From Hyphomicrobiales bacterium (GTDB lineage Bacteria; Pseudomonadota; Alphaproteobacteria; Rhizobiales; CAJQND01): a stretch of DNA of 64,000 nucleotides. Within the stretch, counting starts at the first letter, position 1, and every line of letters starts with the position of its first letter. Both the position numbers and the translations under genes were made by a program. The notes under the pieces are model-generated. The model searched no databases. It was not told the DNA's origin and saw only the letters and a list, made by a program, of their open reading frames with translations. The stretch is from positions 25,495-89,494 of the forward strand of contig JANQOW010000048.1 of the NCBI GenBank assembly GCA_028285595.1, written 5' to 3'. Shown piece by piece: positions 28,024-36,532 of the stretch.

Positions 28024-28320
28024 CTACTTCTGACAGCCCAGGATCTTCGGTTTGCCGTTCACAAAAACACTCTTGCTCAAAATAGGCACACCCTCCGTGC
28101 ATCCGACGATCACAGGTTGACCGTTGATCATCACATTGGGCGAGATAATCGCGCCGGGAATATCGCCGGCGCGCTTGGCGGGCTGGCCCTCAATCAGCAC
28201 CGACCCGCTGCCCGTGGCGCCATCGGATGAGGCAGGCTCGTCAGCCGCCAGGGCAAGGTGAGGTGATGATGAGATAATGAGCGCTGCACACAGTAAAGTG
28301 GGGCGAGGGGACATGGGCAA
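28024..28320 (-). CDS. small secreted protein with three PAAR-like V.(I/V).G.P repeats
   Basis: Signal-like LLCAALIISSSPHLALA, then VLIEGQPAKRAGD, VMINGQPVIVGC and VFVNGKPKILGC. Confidence 0.5.
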   Translation of the reverse strand: MPMSPRPTLLCAALIISSSPHLALAADEPASSDGATGSGSVLIEGQPAKRAGDIPGAIISPNVMINGQPVIVGCTEGVPILSKSVFVNGKPKILGCQK

Positions 28321-28380
28321 AGCCTCCGCAAAGGACGTAACGTGCCCCGGTATGCCACAGATTTGCGGACCTTATAACGC

Positions 28381-28409
28381 AAAAAGGACCCAGCTTCAGC
28401 GCTGGGCCC
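28381..28409 (-). terminator. intrinsic terminator downstream of tRNA-Asn
   Basis: The minus strand reads gggcccagc-gctgaa-gctgggtcc followed by ttttt. Confidence 0.75.
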
Positions 28410-28420
28410 TTTTCGGTATC

Positions 28421-28496
28421 TGGCTCCCCGAGCAGGACTCGAACCTGCGACAAAGCGGTTAACAGCCGCTTGCTCTACCAACTGAGCTATCGGGGA
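28421..28496 (-). tRNA. tRNA-Asn (GUU)
   Basis: The reverse complement tccccgatagctcagttggtagagcaagcggctgttaaccgctttgtcgcaggttcgagtcctgctcggggagcca folds as a cloverleaf. The anticodon loop is cuGUUaa and CCA is encoded. Confidence 0.95.
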
Positions 28497-28636
28497 AAAC
28501 TCTTTGGTTCGGCGCTCCTTATATACGGCAAATTCAGAAATTCAAGCGAAGGATGTCACAGAGTCAAGAAATCTTGCCTCCATGAGGCATTCCCAGGCTT
28601 GCCCTCAGGGCTAATCCTTCCTAACTCAGGGCCGTC

Positions 28637-28867
28637 ATGAAAATCTCCTTATTTGGCCGCACCTTCACCCTACCTGCCAGCCGTCTCGCGCGGACCGTTA
28701 TCGGCGTCCTGCTTGTTCTGGGCGGTCTCTTGGGGTTTCTGCCAATCCTGGGGTTCTGGATGATCCCGCTTGGGCTGTTGGTCTTGTCGGTGGACTTTCC
28801 TGCCATCCGGAGACGCCGCCGCCGCCTGGCGGTGTGGTGGGCCAAACGTTCCGGCAACCGGGCTTAA
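28637..28867 (+). CDS. small membrane protein, PGPGW-like
   Basis: 76 aa. VLLVLGGLLGFLPILGFWMIPLGLLVLSVDFP followed by the basic RRRRRRL. Confidence 0.55.
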   Translation: MKISLFGRTFTLPASRLARTVIGVLLVLGGLLGFLPILGFWMIPLGLLVLSVDFPAIRRRRRRLAVWWAKRSGNRA

Positions 28868-28981
28868 AAAAAGCCGCAAACCGCTCCACATCAGACAGAA
28901 TGGGCGGGTTGCGCCAAACTGCGCAAAAGATGCAGTTGTCTGTACACTAACTTCCTGTTATCAGGCGCAGTCTGAAGGTGA

Positions 28982-29055
28982 GGCCACGTGGCGGAGTGGT
29001 GACGCAGCGGACTGCAAATCCGTATACCCCGGTTCGATTCCGGGCGTGGCCTCCA
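28982..29055 (+). tRNA. tRNA-Cys (GCA)
   Basis: ggccacgtggcggagtggtgacgcagcggactgcaaatccgtataccccggttcgattccgggcgtggcctcca. The acceptor stem ggccacg pairs with cgtggcc, the anticodon loop is cuGCAaa and CCA is encoded. Confidence 0.95.
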
Positions 29056-29142
29056 TCAAACCTTCAAACGCCCGCCACCTCTCTGCGGAGAGGACTGATC
29101 ATGTGGTGCGGCAACTTCACCTTTGTCCTGCAGGCGCCACCG

Positions 29143-30813
29143 TCACGATTTGGCTTTGTAGCCATAGTCCCGCTCAGCCGCGTCAGCGGAGATGTAGCCG
29201 CCCGCCACATCGCGGGCAATCAGGTCCGGGTCCCGCTCTTTCGGATCGCCATAGCCCGCCCCGCCGGGCAGAGCCAGAAAGGCAATGCGGCCGGGCGGAA
29301 TGGCCTGCTTGCCCTTGCCGCGCATCACCGTGCCGTCATCCAGCTCAAAGCGGGTAGCGCCGCCCTCAAGCCCGCCTTCGCGGCCGCGGGCAGGGTGCCT
29401 CACCCGGTCAAACATGGCGCTGAAGTCAAACTCATGGCCCTCGGTGGTGCCGATCTCCATATACTGGCCGAGGCCACCGCGAAATTTGCCGGCCCCGCCG
29501 GAATCAGGACGCAGTTCCTTGCGCCAGATGATCACCGGGCCGGTATGTTCGGTGGCCTCGATGGGCATGGTCATCACGCCGCTGGGAAAGGCGGTGGCGT
29601 TCATCCCGTCCAGCGAGGGCCGGGCGCCTGAGCCGCCGCAATTGAACATCAGCACTTCCGCCCGGCGCGCATCGGCGGGCGCGTTGCCCCCCGATTGCGG
29701 GCGGATGGAGAGTTGGAAATTGCACAGCGAGCCGGCGCCTTCAGCCGGCACCGTGCCGGGCAGAATGTCGTGCAGAGCGCCCAGCACGGTGTCGGGGATC
29801 ATGTGGCCGATCACATGGCGCAGGGCCACCGGCGCGGGATGCTCCGCGTTCAGGATCGAGCCCTCCGGCGCGCTGATCCTGAATGGAGACAGCGAGGCCG
29901 CATTGTTGGGGATTTCCGGCGCAATGGCGCACTTCAGAGCGTAACACGCATAGGCCATGGTGTAGACGTGAGGGACGTTGATGGCCTTTTTGTCGATGCC
30001 TGAGGTGCCGCTGAAATCAGCCCGGATATGGTCCTCCTCAATATCGAGGCGCACGCACAGGCGGATCGGCTCGGAATAGCCGTCAATGGTCATGTCATTG
30101 GTGACCGACTTGCGGGGCAGGGCGGCGATGCGTTCCACCGTTGCCCGGTAGCTGTTCTCCAGGATGAATTCGGCGATGGGCTCAAGGGTCTCCAGGCCGA
30201 ACTCCTCCAGCATCTCCACCAGGCGGCGGTGGCCAATCTCGTTACAGGCAGCCAGCGCATAGATGTCGCCGACCACCTGGTCTGCCTCGCGCACATTGTT
30301 ACGCACGATCTTCACCAGCCCCATATCGACCGCGCCGCGCTCGGCAAACTTCATGATCGGGATGCAGAGGCCTTCCTCGTAAACCGAGTTGGCATCGGCC
30401 CCAAAGCCGCGTCCGCCAATGTCCACCACATGGGCTGTGCAGGCGAAATAACCCACCATCTTGCCTTTGAAGAAGGAGGGGCTCACCACGGTGATGTCGT
30501 GCAAATGGCCGGTGCCCATCCACGGGTCGTTGGTGATGTAAACATCGCCGTCAAACATGTTGTCGGTGCCGATCTCGCGCATGAAGTGCTTCACCGACTC
30601 TGCCATGGCGTTCACATGCCCGGGCGTGCCGGTGACGGCCTGGGCCAGCATGTTGCCGTCCAGATCGTAGACCCCGGCTGAAAGATCGCCGGCCTCGCGC
30701 ACGGATGTGGAAAACGCCGTGCGCACGAGGGTTTGCGCCTGCTCTTCAACAACAGAAATCAACCGGTTCCACATCACTTGATTGGAGACCGCCGAGAGGG
30801 CTTCGGTGCTCAT
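29143..30813 (-). CDS. hyuB: hydantoinase B / oxoprolinase family protein
   Basis: 556 aa starting VMWNRLISVVEEQAQTLVRTAFS, a typical HyuB N-terminus. Its start overlaps the hyuA stop in ATGA. Confidence 0.85.
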   Translation of the reverse strand: MSTEALSAVSNQVMWNRLISVVEEQAQTLVRTAFSTSVREAGDLSAGVYDLDGNMLAQAVTGTPGHVNAMAESVKHFMREIGTDNMFDGDVYITNDPWMGTGHLHDITVVSPSFFKGKMVGYFACTAHVVDIGGRGFGADANSVYEEGLCIPIMKFAERGAVDMGLVKIVRNNVREADQVVGDIYALAACNEIGHRRLVEMLEEFGLETLEPIAEFILENSYRATVERIAALPRKSVTNDMTIDGYSEPIRLCVRLDIEEDHIRADFSGTSGIDKKAINVPHVYTMAYACYALKCAIAPEIPNNAASLSPFRISAPEGSILNAEHPAPVALRHVIGHMIPDTVLGALHDILPGTVPAEGAGSLCNFQLSIRPQSGGNAPADARRAEVLMFNCGGSGARPSLDGMNATAFPSGVMTMPIEATEHTGPVIIWRKELRPDSGGAGKFRGGLGQYMEIGTTEGHEFDFSAMFDRVRHPARGREGGLEGGATRFELDDGTVMRGKGKQAIPPGRIAFLALPGGAGYGDPKERDPDLIARDVAGGYISADAAERDYGYKAKS

Positions 30814-32930
30814 GCTGAACGCTCCATTTGGCTGGGTTCCACTGCGCGGGCGGGCGTTGTTTGCGTCACCAGCAGGCAGCCATCTGACTGCATGCTGGCT
30901 TGAAAGCCGGCCGGGACGATAATGGAGGTCTCCCGCTCGGTGATGAGGGCGGGGCCGTCCATCGTTTGTCCCGGTTCAAAGGCGTCTCGCTCCACGGTGC
31001 GGGCATCCACAAAGCGCCCGCTGGCCGGGTCGAAGAGGCGGCGCGCACCATCCGCGCGGGCAGCCGTTCCGGCGGTCGCCACGGAGACTTTCTCAGGCTG
31101 GGGCACTGCGGTGCTGCCTTTCACTGCCCAACTGGTGATTTCAATATCGAGCCCGTCCACAATGCGGCCGAAGAGGTTCGCATAAGCGGCTTCAAACTGG
31201 GCCTGATAGCGCTCCGCTGTGGGCGCGTCGGCTTCGTCTTCGGCAAGATCTACAGGGATTTCCCAGCCCTGGCCCACGTAGCGCATATAGGCGCGGAACT
31301 CGTAGTGCACCGGTGCGTCGGCCACGCAGGACCTCACGAAATCGCCCGCTTCTGCCTTGAGTTCGGCCAGAACCTCCTTCACCTGGGGCGGGCTGAACTC
31401 CGTAAGGCGGGTGTAGACGCTGCGTGTGGCTTCAAAGCTGAAGGGCGCCTTCAAAAACCCGATGGCGGACCCCACACCGGCTCCGGGCGGCACCAGCATT
31501 TGCCGGATCCCCAGCTTCTCGCAAAGCCGGCCCGCATGCAGCGGGGCCGCGCCGCCAAAGGCGATCATCACATAGCCCGACAGATCCTCGCCGCTTTCCA
31601 CCGCATGGACGCGGGCCGCGTTGGCCATGTTTTCGTCCACCACCTCGGAGACCCCAAAGGCTGCGGTCGTGGTGTCCAGTTGGAGGACCTGGCCAACGTG
31701 GGCATCCAGCGCGCGTTCTGAGGCGCTGCTGGAAAGCTGGATGGTGCCGCCGGCGAAATTGTCCGGGTCAAGCCGGCCCAGAACAAGGTCTGCGTCCGTA
31801 ACCGCCGGCCTCTCTCCGCCGCGGTCATAACAGGCCGGGCCGGGCTCAGAGCCTGCGCTCTCCGGGCCCACGCGGATCTGGCGCATGGCGTCCACGCTGG
31901 CAAGCGAGCCGCCACCGGCCCCGATCTCCACCATCTCAATGACCGGGATCGAAATCGGCATGCCGGAGCCCTTCTTGAAACGGTAGGTGCGGGCCACTTC
32001 GAACACCCGGGCGGTCTTGGGGTTCTGCGCCTTGATCAGGCAGATCTTTGCGGTTGTGCCGCCCATGTCAAACGACAACACTTTGTCCAGCCCGTACTTG
32101 GCAGCCACATGGGCAGCAAAAATGGCCCCGCCGGCAGGCCCGGATTCCACCAGCCTGACCGGAAACTCCGAGGCGCTGTCCAGCGAGATGATCCCGCCGC
32201 CCGAATGCATCAGGAACACCGGTGCTGAGATGCCGATGCCGGCCAGTTTTTCGGTGAGCCTGGTCAGGTAGGCCCGCATGCGCGGCTTCACATAGGCGTT
32301 GGCGCAAACGGTGTTGAAGCGCTCGTACTCGCGCATCTGCGGGGAGACTTCCGAGGAGAGCGAAAGGGTCACATTGGGAAGTGCCTTGGCGAAGATATCG
32401 CGCACCATGATCTCATGGGCCGGGTTCAGGTATGAGTGAATGAGCCCTATGGCCAGGCTTTCATAGCCGCCGGCTTTGATCTCTTCGGCGAGCGCCTCCA
32501 CCTCGGCCGGCTTAAGGGCTTTGAGCACCTGACCGGAGGCGCCCATGCGCTCGTCCAACACGTACCGGTGCTCCCGGTCAATCAAAGCATCGGGCAGCTT
32601 GAGATTGAGATCATACTGTTCAAAGCGGCTCTCCGTGCGCATTTCAATCACGTCGCGAAAGCCTTTGGTGGTGATCAGCGCGGTCTTTGCGCCATTGCGC
32701 TCGATGAGGGCATTGGTGGCCAAAGTGGTGCCGTGGATGATGCTGGAGATCTTAGAGGCGTCCACCTCCGCTTGGGTGCACACCTGGCCGATGCCGTCCA
32801 GAATGGCGCGCTCGGGGGCGTCATAAGTGGTCAGAACCTTTACCGTGGTCAGTGCGCCATGATGCTCCAGCACCACGTCGGTGAACGTGCCGCCAATGTC
32901 CACGCCCAGCCTTACCTTTGGATCACTCAT
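30810..32930 (-). CDS. hyuA: hydantoinase A / oxoprolinase family protein
   Basis: Start MSDPKVRLGVDIGGTFTDVVL at 32930 (ASKHA-fold phosphate-1 motif). 706 aa. Confidence 0.85.
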   Translation of the reverse strand: MSDPKVRLGVDIGGTFTDVVLEHHGALTTVKVLTTYDAPERAILDGIGQVCTQAEVDASKISSIIHGTTLATNALIERNGAKTALITTKGFRDVIEMRTESRFEQYDLNLKLPDALIDREHRYVLDERMGASGQVLKALKPAEVEALAEEIKAGGYESLAIGLIHSYLNPAHEIMVRDIFAKALPNVTLSLSSEVSPQMREYERFNTVCANAYVKPRMRAYLTRLTEKLAGIGISAPVFLMHSGGGIISLDSASEFPVRLVESGPAGGAIFAAHVAAKYGLDKVLSFDMGGTTAKICLIKAQNPKTARVFEVARTYRFKKGSGMPISIPVIEMVEIGAGGGSLASVDAMRQIRVGPESAGSEPGPACYDRGGERPAVTDADLVLGRLDPDNFAGGTIQLSSSASERALDAHVGQVLQLDTTTAAFGVSEVVDENMANAARVHAVESGEDLSGYVMIAFGGAAPLHAGRLCEKLGIRQMLVPPGAGVGSAIGFLKAPFSFEATRSVYTRLTEFSPPQVKEVLAELKAEAGDFVRSCVADAPVHYEFRAYMRYVGQGWEIPVDLAEDEADAPTAERYQAQFEAAYANLFGRIVDGLDIEITSWAVKGSTAVPQPEKVSVATAGTAARADGARRLFDPASGRFVDARTVERDAFEPGQTMDGPALITERETSIIVPAGFQASMQSDGCLLVTQTTPARAVEPSQMERSA

Positions 32931-33051
32931 CAGCTTAACGTCCGCCAATATTGTTTGAGAGGTGCCCAAATAGTCAGCATCAGCTCGGGGCAGCGTCCTA
33001 TCTAGTAGATGGGGCGGGGCGCTTGCAAGCTTTGTGAACCGGCCGAGCGGC

Positions 33052-34386
33052 TCAGTCAGGAACCGTGAACGCGAAGGGTTCATCAAGAGAGCTGCGGCCC
33101 GGAACGGTGGCAATCAGATCGATCTCCTCTCGCTCCAGGCGCGAGAACGTGGCTCTGGCCTTCTCGCGGATCGCCTCTTCGAGAAGCTGCACATCCGGCT
33201 GAGGCTGTGCGCCCTGTGCTTCAGCGACAAACTTGCGGCCGGAACTGTGGTGCAGCGTCACCCGCGCGCGCCATTCTTGCGGGAACCGCATGGATATGTC
33301 CAAGCTCCGCGCCAATGTCACCCGCTGACAGGCGCCGGCCAGGGCTTCGCGGGCCTTGGCTTCAAAGCAGTCCAAAGTGATGTCATCGAAGAGCATGGCC
33401 ACGATCGCGGCATATTGCAGGGAGAACACGGCGCCGCACAGATTGCTCACAATCGGCCTGTCGCACAGATCGATTGCCGCCTGATAGGTTTCGATCTCAA
33501 CCCGCGAGAAATTTTTCGGCTCAAGGTCGTTGTCGAGGATCTCCTGGCGGATCGAGCGCAGGGCGTTGATGGTGGGATAGGTATGACCGGACGTCGGCCA
33601 ATGGCGCAAAGACGTGGCGTAGATCTGCCAGGGGGCGTCAGGGGTGTCCAGCACGGCATGAGGGGCGCCGTCAGGGCAGGTGGCGGCGAAGAGACCCTTC
33701 GGGCTCTCCAGAATATGGGCCGGACCGGTGAACCCCACAGTGGCCAATGTGGCGGCCACCAGACCGGCCTCCGCGGCCCGCCCGGCATGCAGGTGAATGG
33801 CGTCAGCCCCCTTATCCAGATACTCCATAAACCCTGCCGCCTGGGTGCCGGCATTGCCGAGGGCATTGACGGTCTTGTCTTCATCGAGGCTCAGCAGTTC
33901 CGCCGCCGCCATGGCCGCGCCGAACGGCCCGATGGTGCCCACATTGTGCCACGTGCGGTTGTGGCCTGCGCCGGTGGCTTTGCCGATGCGGGTCATGGCC
34001 TCATAGCCGTGCAGAAGCGCGGTAAGCACCTTGCGGGCGGGGAGGTCTTGGCCCAGCGCCAGAAGCGACGGGACCACGGTGCATCCGGGATGGGTTGACG
34101 AGGCCACATGCAAATCATCAAGCTGGACCACATGGGCCAATGCGCCATTGAGAAAGCCGCTGCGTGCCGGGTCGAGTTGGGGCGGGCCCTGGACGCCGGC
34201 CGGGTCGCGCAGGGCCTCACCCCAAAACAGGAGTTTGCGTCCGGTCTCGCTGTGCCGACCGGCCATAATATTGAGCACACCGTCCACCAAGAAAAGGTGG
34301 GCCAGCTTCAAATCTTCATCTGTAACCGACTTGCTTCGGATGAGTTCCGCCAGCCTCGCGGTCAAGGAGCGCCGTTCTGCCATCAC
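33052..34386 (-). CDS. MmgE/PrpD family protein
   Basis: 444 aa. The N-terminal LAHLFLVDGVLNIMAG pattern and overall length fit the 2-methylcitrate-dehydratase-like family. Confidence 0.75.
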   Translation of the reverse strand: MMAERRSLTARLAELIRSKSVTDEDLKLAHLFLVDGVLNIMAGRHSETGRKLLFWGEALRDPAGVQGPPQLDPARSGFLNGALAHVVQLDDLHVASSTHPGCTVVPSLLALGQDLPARKVLTALLHGYEAMTRIGKATGAGHNRTWHNVGTIGPFGAAMAAAELLSLDEDKTVNALGNAGTQAAGFMEYLDKGADAIHLHAGRAAEAGLVAATLATVGFTGPAHILESPKGLFAATCPDGAPHAVLDTPDAPWQIYATSLRHWPTSGHTYPTINALRSIRQEILDNDLEPKNFSRVEIETYQAAIDLCDRPIVSNLCGAVFSLQYAAIVAMLFDDITLDCFEAKAREALAGACQRVTLARSLDISMRFPQEWRARVTLHHSSGRKFVAEAQGAQPQPDVQLLEEAIREKARATFSRLEREEIDLIATVPGRSSLDEPFAFTVPD

Positions 34387-34548
34387 TAAAAAGGTGTCTT
34401 AAAGGTCCCTCATTTACCAAAAGGACGGATTTTAATGTTTCCGTCAACGACTTGTTTACCAAGCCCCGCGATGGTTTGAGGCAAGTAGGGCCAATTTGCG
34501 CCCGTTGGGCCATCGCGCCCCCCAGTGTAGTTGTGTGAGTTGCGTATC

Positions 34549-35565
34549 ATGAGTCAAAGCTGGACCGATGGTCTTTACGATGCGGCTATAGACCGGATCT
34601 CCTCATTATCAAAAGCAGTGCCCGTCATCATTGGCTTGTCCGTGGCGCTCGCCTTGCCGGGATGCAGCGGCAAGAGCGGCAAGAAGACAGCCGATTTGTT
34701 TGCCGGCCAAGGCAGCCCCGTTTACCCTGGTAAAGGGCCGTTGCCCAAGGGCGGCGGCCGGCGTCATATCGGCAAGCCCTACACCATTAACGGCAAACGC
34801 TACTATCCCAAAGACGTTGCGTCCTATGAGCGGGTGGGCGTTGCCTCCTGGTATGGACCGAAGTTCCATCGCCGGATGACCTCGAACGGCGAGTGGTTTG
34901 ACATGCACGACCTCACCGCAGCCCACACCACGCTGCCGCTCCCCAGTTATGTGAAGGTCACCAATCTGGCCAACGGGAAGGAAGCGGTTCTGCGCGTGAA
35001 CGACCGCGGCCCATTTGCGCACAACCGCCTCATCGATTTGTCGAAACGCAGCTCGGAAATCCTGGATTTCAAGGGACGAGGCACGCAGAAGGTGAAGGTG
35101 GTCTATCTCGGAAAGGCACCATTGGACCACGATGGCACCCATTTGGCGGCCATGAACCGCAAACATCTGCGCTCGGCCGATTACACCCGTGTGGCATCCG
35201 CCATGAACTATCCACGCCGGGGTAGCACACAGTTTGCCAGCGCCGATCCCGAACTGACGCGCCAGCCCATTCAGCCTCAGGCACAGCCCGCGGTCGCGCA
35301 GGCCGCTCCGAGCGTGCCGGTGCCGGTGAGCGTCAACGGGGGGTTCTTTGTCCAGGCAGCCTCCTTCTCCAACGTGGATAATGCCGAGCGGGCCAAATAT
35401 GCCCTAGGATCTCTGGGGCCTGTTTCCGTTAGTCCGGTGACCGTGGGCGTGAACACCTACTACCGGGTGCGCGTGGGGCCGCTGGAGAATGAAGACTTCG
35501 CCTATGAGATTGCCGATTTGGTGCGCGCGCAAGGCATGCACGGCGCGCGCGTGGTGGCCGATTAA
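34549..35565 (+). CDS. rlpA: septal ring lytic transglycosylase RlpA family protein with C-terminal SPOR domain
   Basis: GVASWYGPKFHRRMTSNGEWFD...LPLPSYVKVTNLANGKEAVLRVNDRGPF is the DPBB domain. The C-terminal FFVQAASFSNVDNAERAK...YYRVRVGP is SPOR. Confidence 0.85.
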   Translation: MSQSWTDGLYDAAIDRISSLSKAVPVIIGLSVALALPGCSGKSGKKTADLFAGQGSPVYPGKGPLPKGGGRRHIGKPYTINGKRYYPKDVASYERVGVASWYGPKFHRRMTSNGEWFDMHDLTAAHTTLPLPSYVKVTNLANGKEAVLRVNDRGPFAHNRLIDLSKRSSEILDFKGRGTQKVKVVYLGKAPLDHDGTHLAAMNRKHLRSADYTRVASAMNYPRRGSTQFASADPELTRQPIQPQAQPAVAQAAPSVPVPVSVNGGFFVQAASFSNVDNAERAKYALGSLGPVSVSPVTVGVNTYYRVRVGPLENEDFAYEIADLVRAQGMHGARVVAD

Positions 35566-36257
35566 GGTTTGAGCGTCCTGAGGGCAGGCGCTTTGGACGG
35601 CTGCTGCGCAAGGTTCTGGGCCAGCGGTGAGCCCAGCTCTTGCGAAACCTCGCAAAAGCGCTTGTTGGTCTTCAGCCGCGCGCACCGCAATGTGGCTTCG
35701 TTCTCATCGTTAATCGGCCCGGCGATAAGTTTGTAAAGTGTTCCGCCGGAAGAAGAGCGTACGGCCTTTGCGTGAGGTGTCAGCTCACCCAGAAGCTTTG
35801 CCTCCAGCCTTTGTAACGAGGCCCAGCCCTTTGACAGCGCGACCGGATCGCGGAACGTTGCCAAGTGCAGGCCGACCCCACCTTCAGAGCCCCGCAAAGC
35901 CGGTGCCGCCAAGTCCGGATTCTGACGCCTGGTCGGTTGCGGTCCCGGGGCGGTTCTGGCCGCATTTGGAATTGAGGCTGTGGTGAACTGAGAGCGCGCC
36001 GTCAACTGCTTCACGGTCCGGCTGAGGGCCACATTCTGTGACTGAACCGCCCGCAGCTCCGATTCCAGCGCCAAGATGCGCTTACTGAGATGGCCGATCT
36101 GGTTGTAAACCACTTCGCTGTTGATCTTTTGTTCCTCGGCCCGATCCCGCACGCTGCTTGCTTCCGCAAGCAGCACATCTGGTGAAGGGCCGAGGCTCCG
36201 GTAAATAGCCAGCCCAATAACGGCGCAGAAAGCCAGCACGATGCTAACGTAGTGCAA
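35562..36257 (-). CDS. membrane-anchored coiled-coil protein with SPOR-like C-terminal domain
   Basis: N-terminal TM segment VSIVLAFCAVIGLAIY, a coiled-coil middle, and a C-terminal GLHLATFRDPVALSKGW...YKLIAGPINDENEA. Confidence 0.6.
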   Translation of the reverse strand: MHYVSIVLAFCAVIGLAIYRSLGPSPDVLLAEASSVRDRAEEQKINSEVVYNQIGHLSKRILALESELRAVQSQNVALSRTVKQLTARSQFTTASIPNAARTAPGPQPTRRQNPDLAAPALRGSEGGVGLHLATFRDPVALSKGWASLQRLEAKLLGELTPHAKAVRSSSGGTLYKLIAGPINDENEATLRCARLKTNKRFCEVSQELGSPLAQNLAQQPSKAPALRTLKP

Positions 36258-36532
36258 GAAAGGCTCCGAAACAGTTTTCGGCGGAACGCCGCCAGATTTT
36301 GCGCAAACGCGCCCCGGTCGCCTCAGTGCGAATCAGGAGCAAAGATGTGTCTAAACTGAAGTAACCGCGCTGCTTCGTCAAACTTCCGATGCTCTGAAAA
36401 GCACTTGCCACTTTCTTAAACTTCCTGCGGCACAAAAGTTGCAACATTCTGGGCCTGTTAGAGCTATTAAACTAATGACGGGCCATCTGGCTGTGCTAAA
36501 GCAGCCCGCGCGCAACTGAAGAGAGCTTCCCC

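Noticed and set aside
28194-28481. ORFs 28194-28481, 28241-28453 and 28277-28462.
   Set aside because: They overlap the tRNA-Asn gene and its terminator and have no coding features.
24758-28496. Calling the tRNA-Asn-adjacent stretch a bona fide integrative element.
   Set aside because: I could find no integrase, excisionase, transposase or conjugation gene, and no direct repeat of the tRNA 3' end at the distal boundary. Only composition and gene content support foreign origin.
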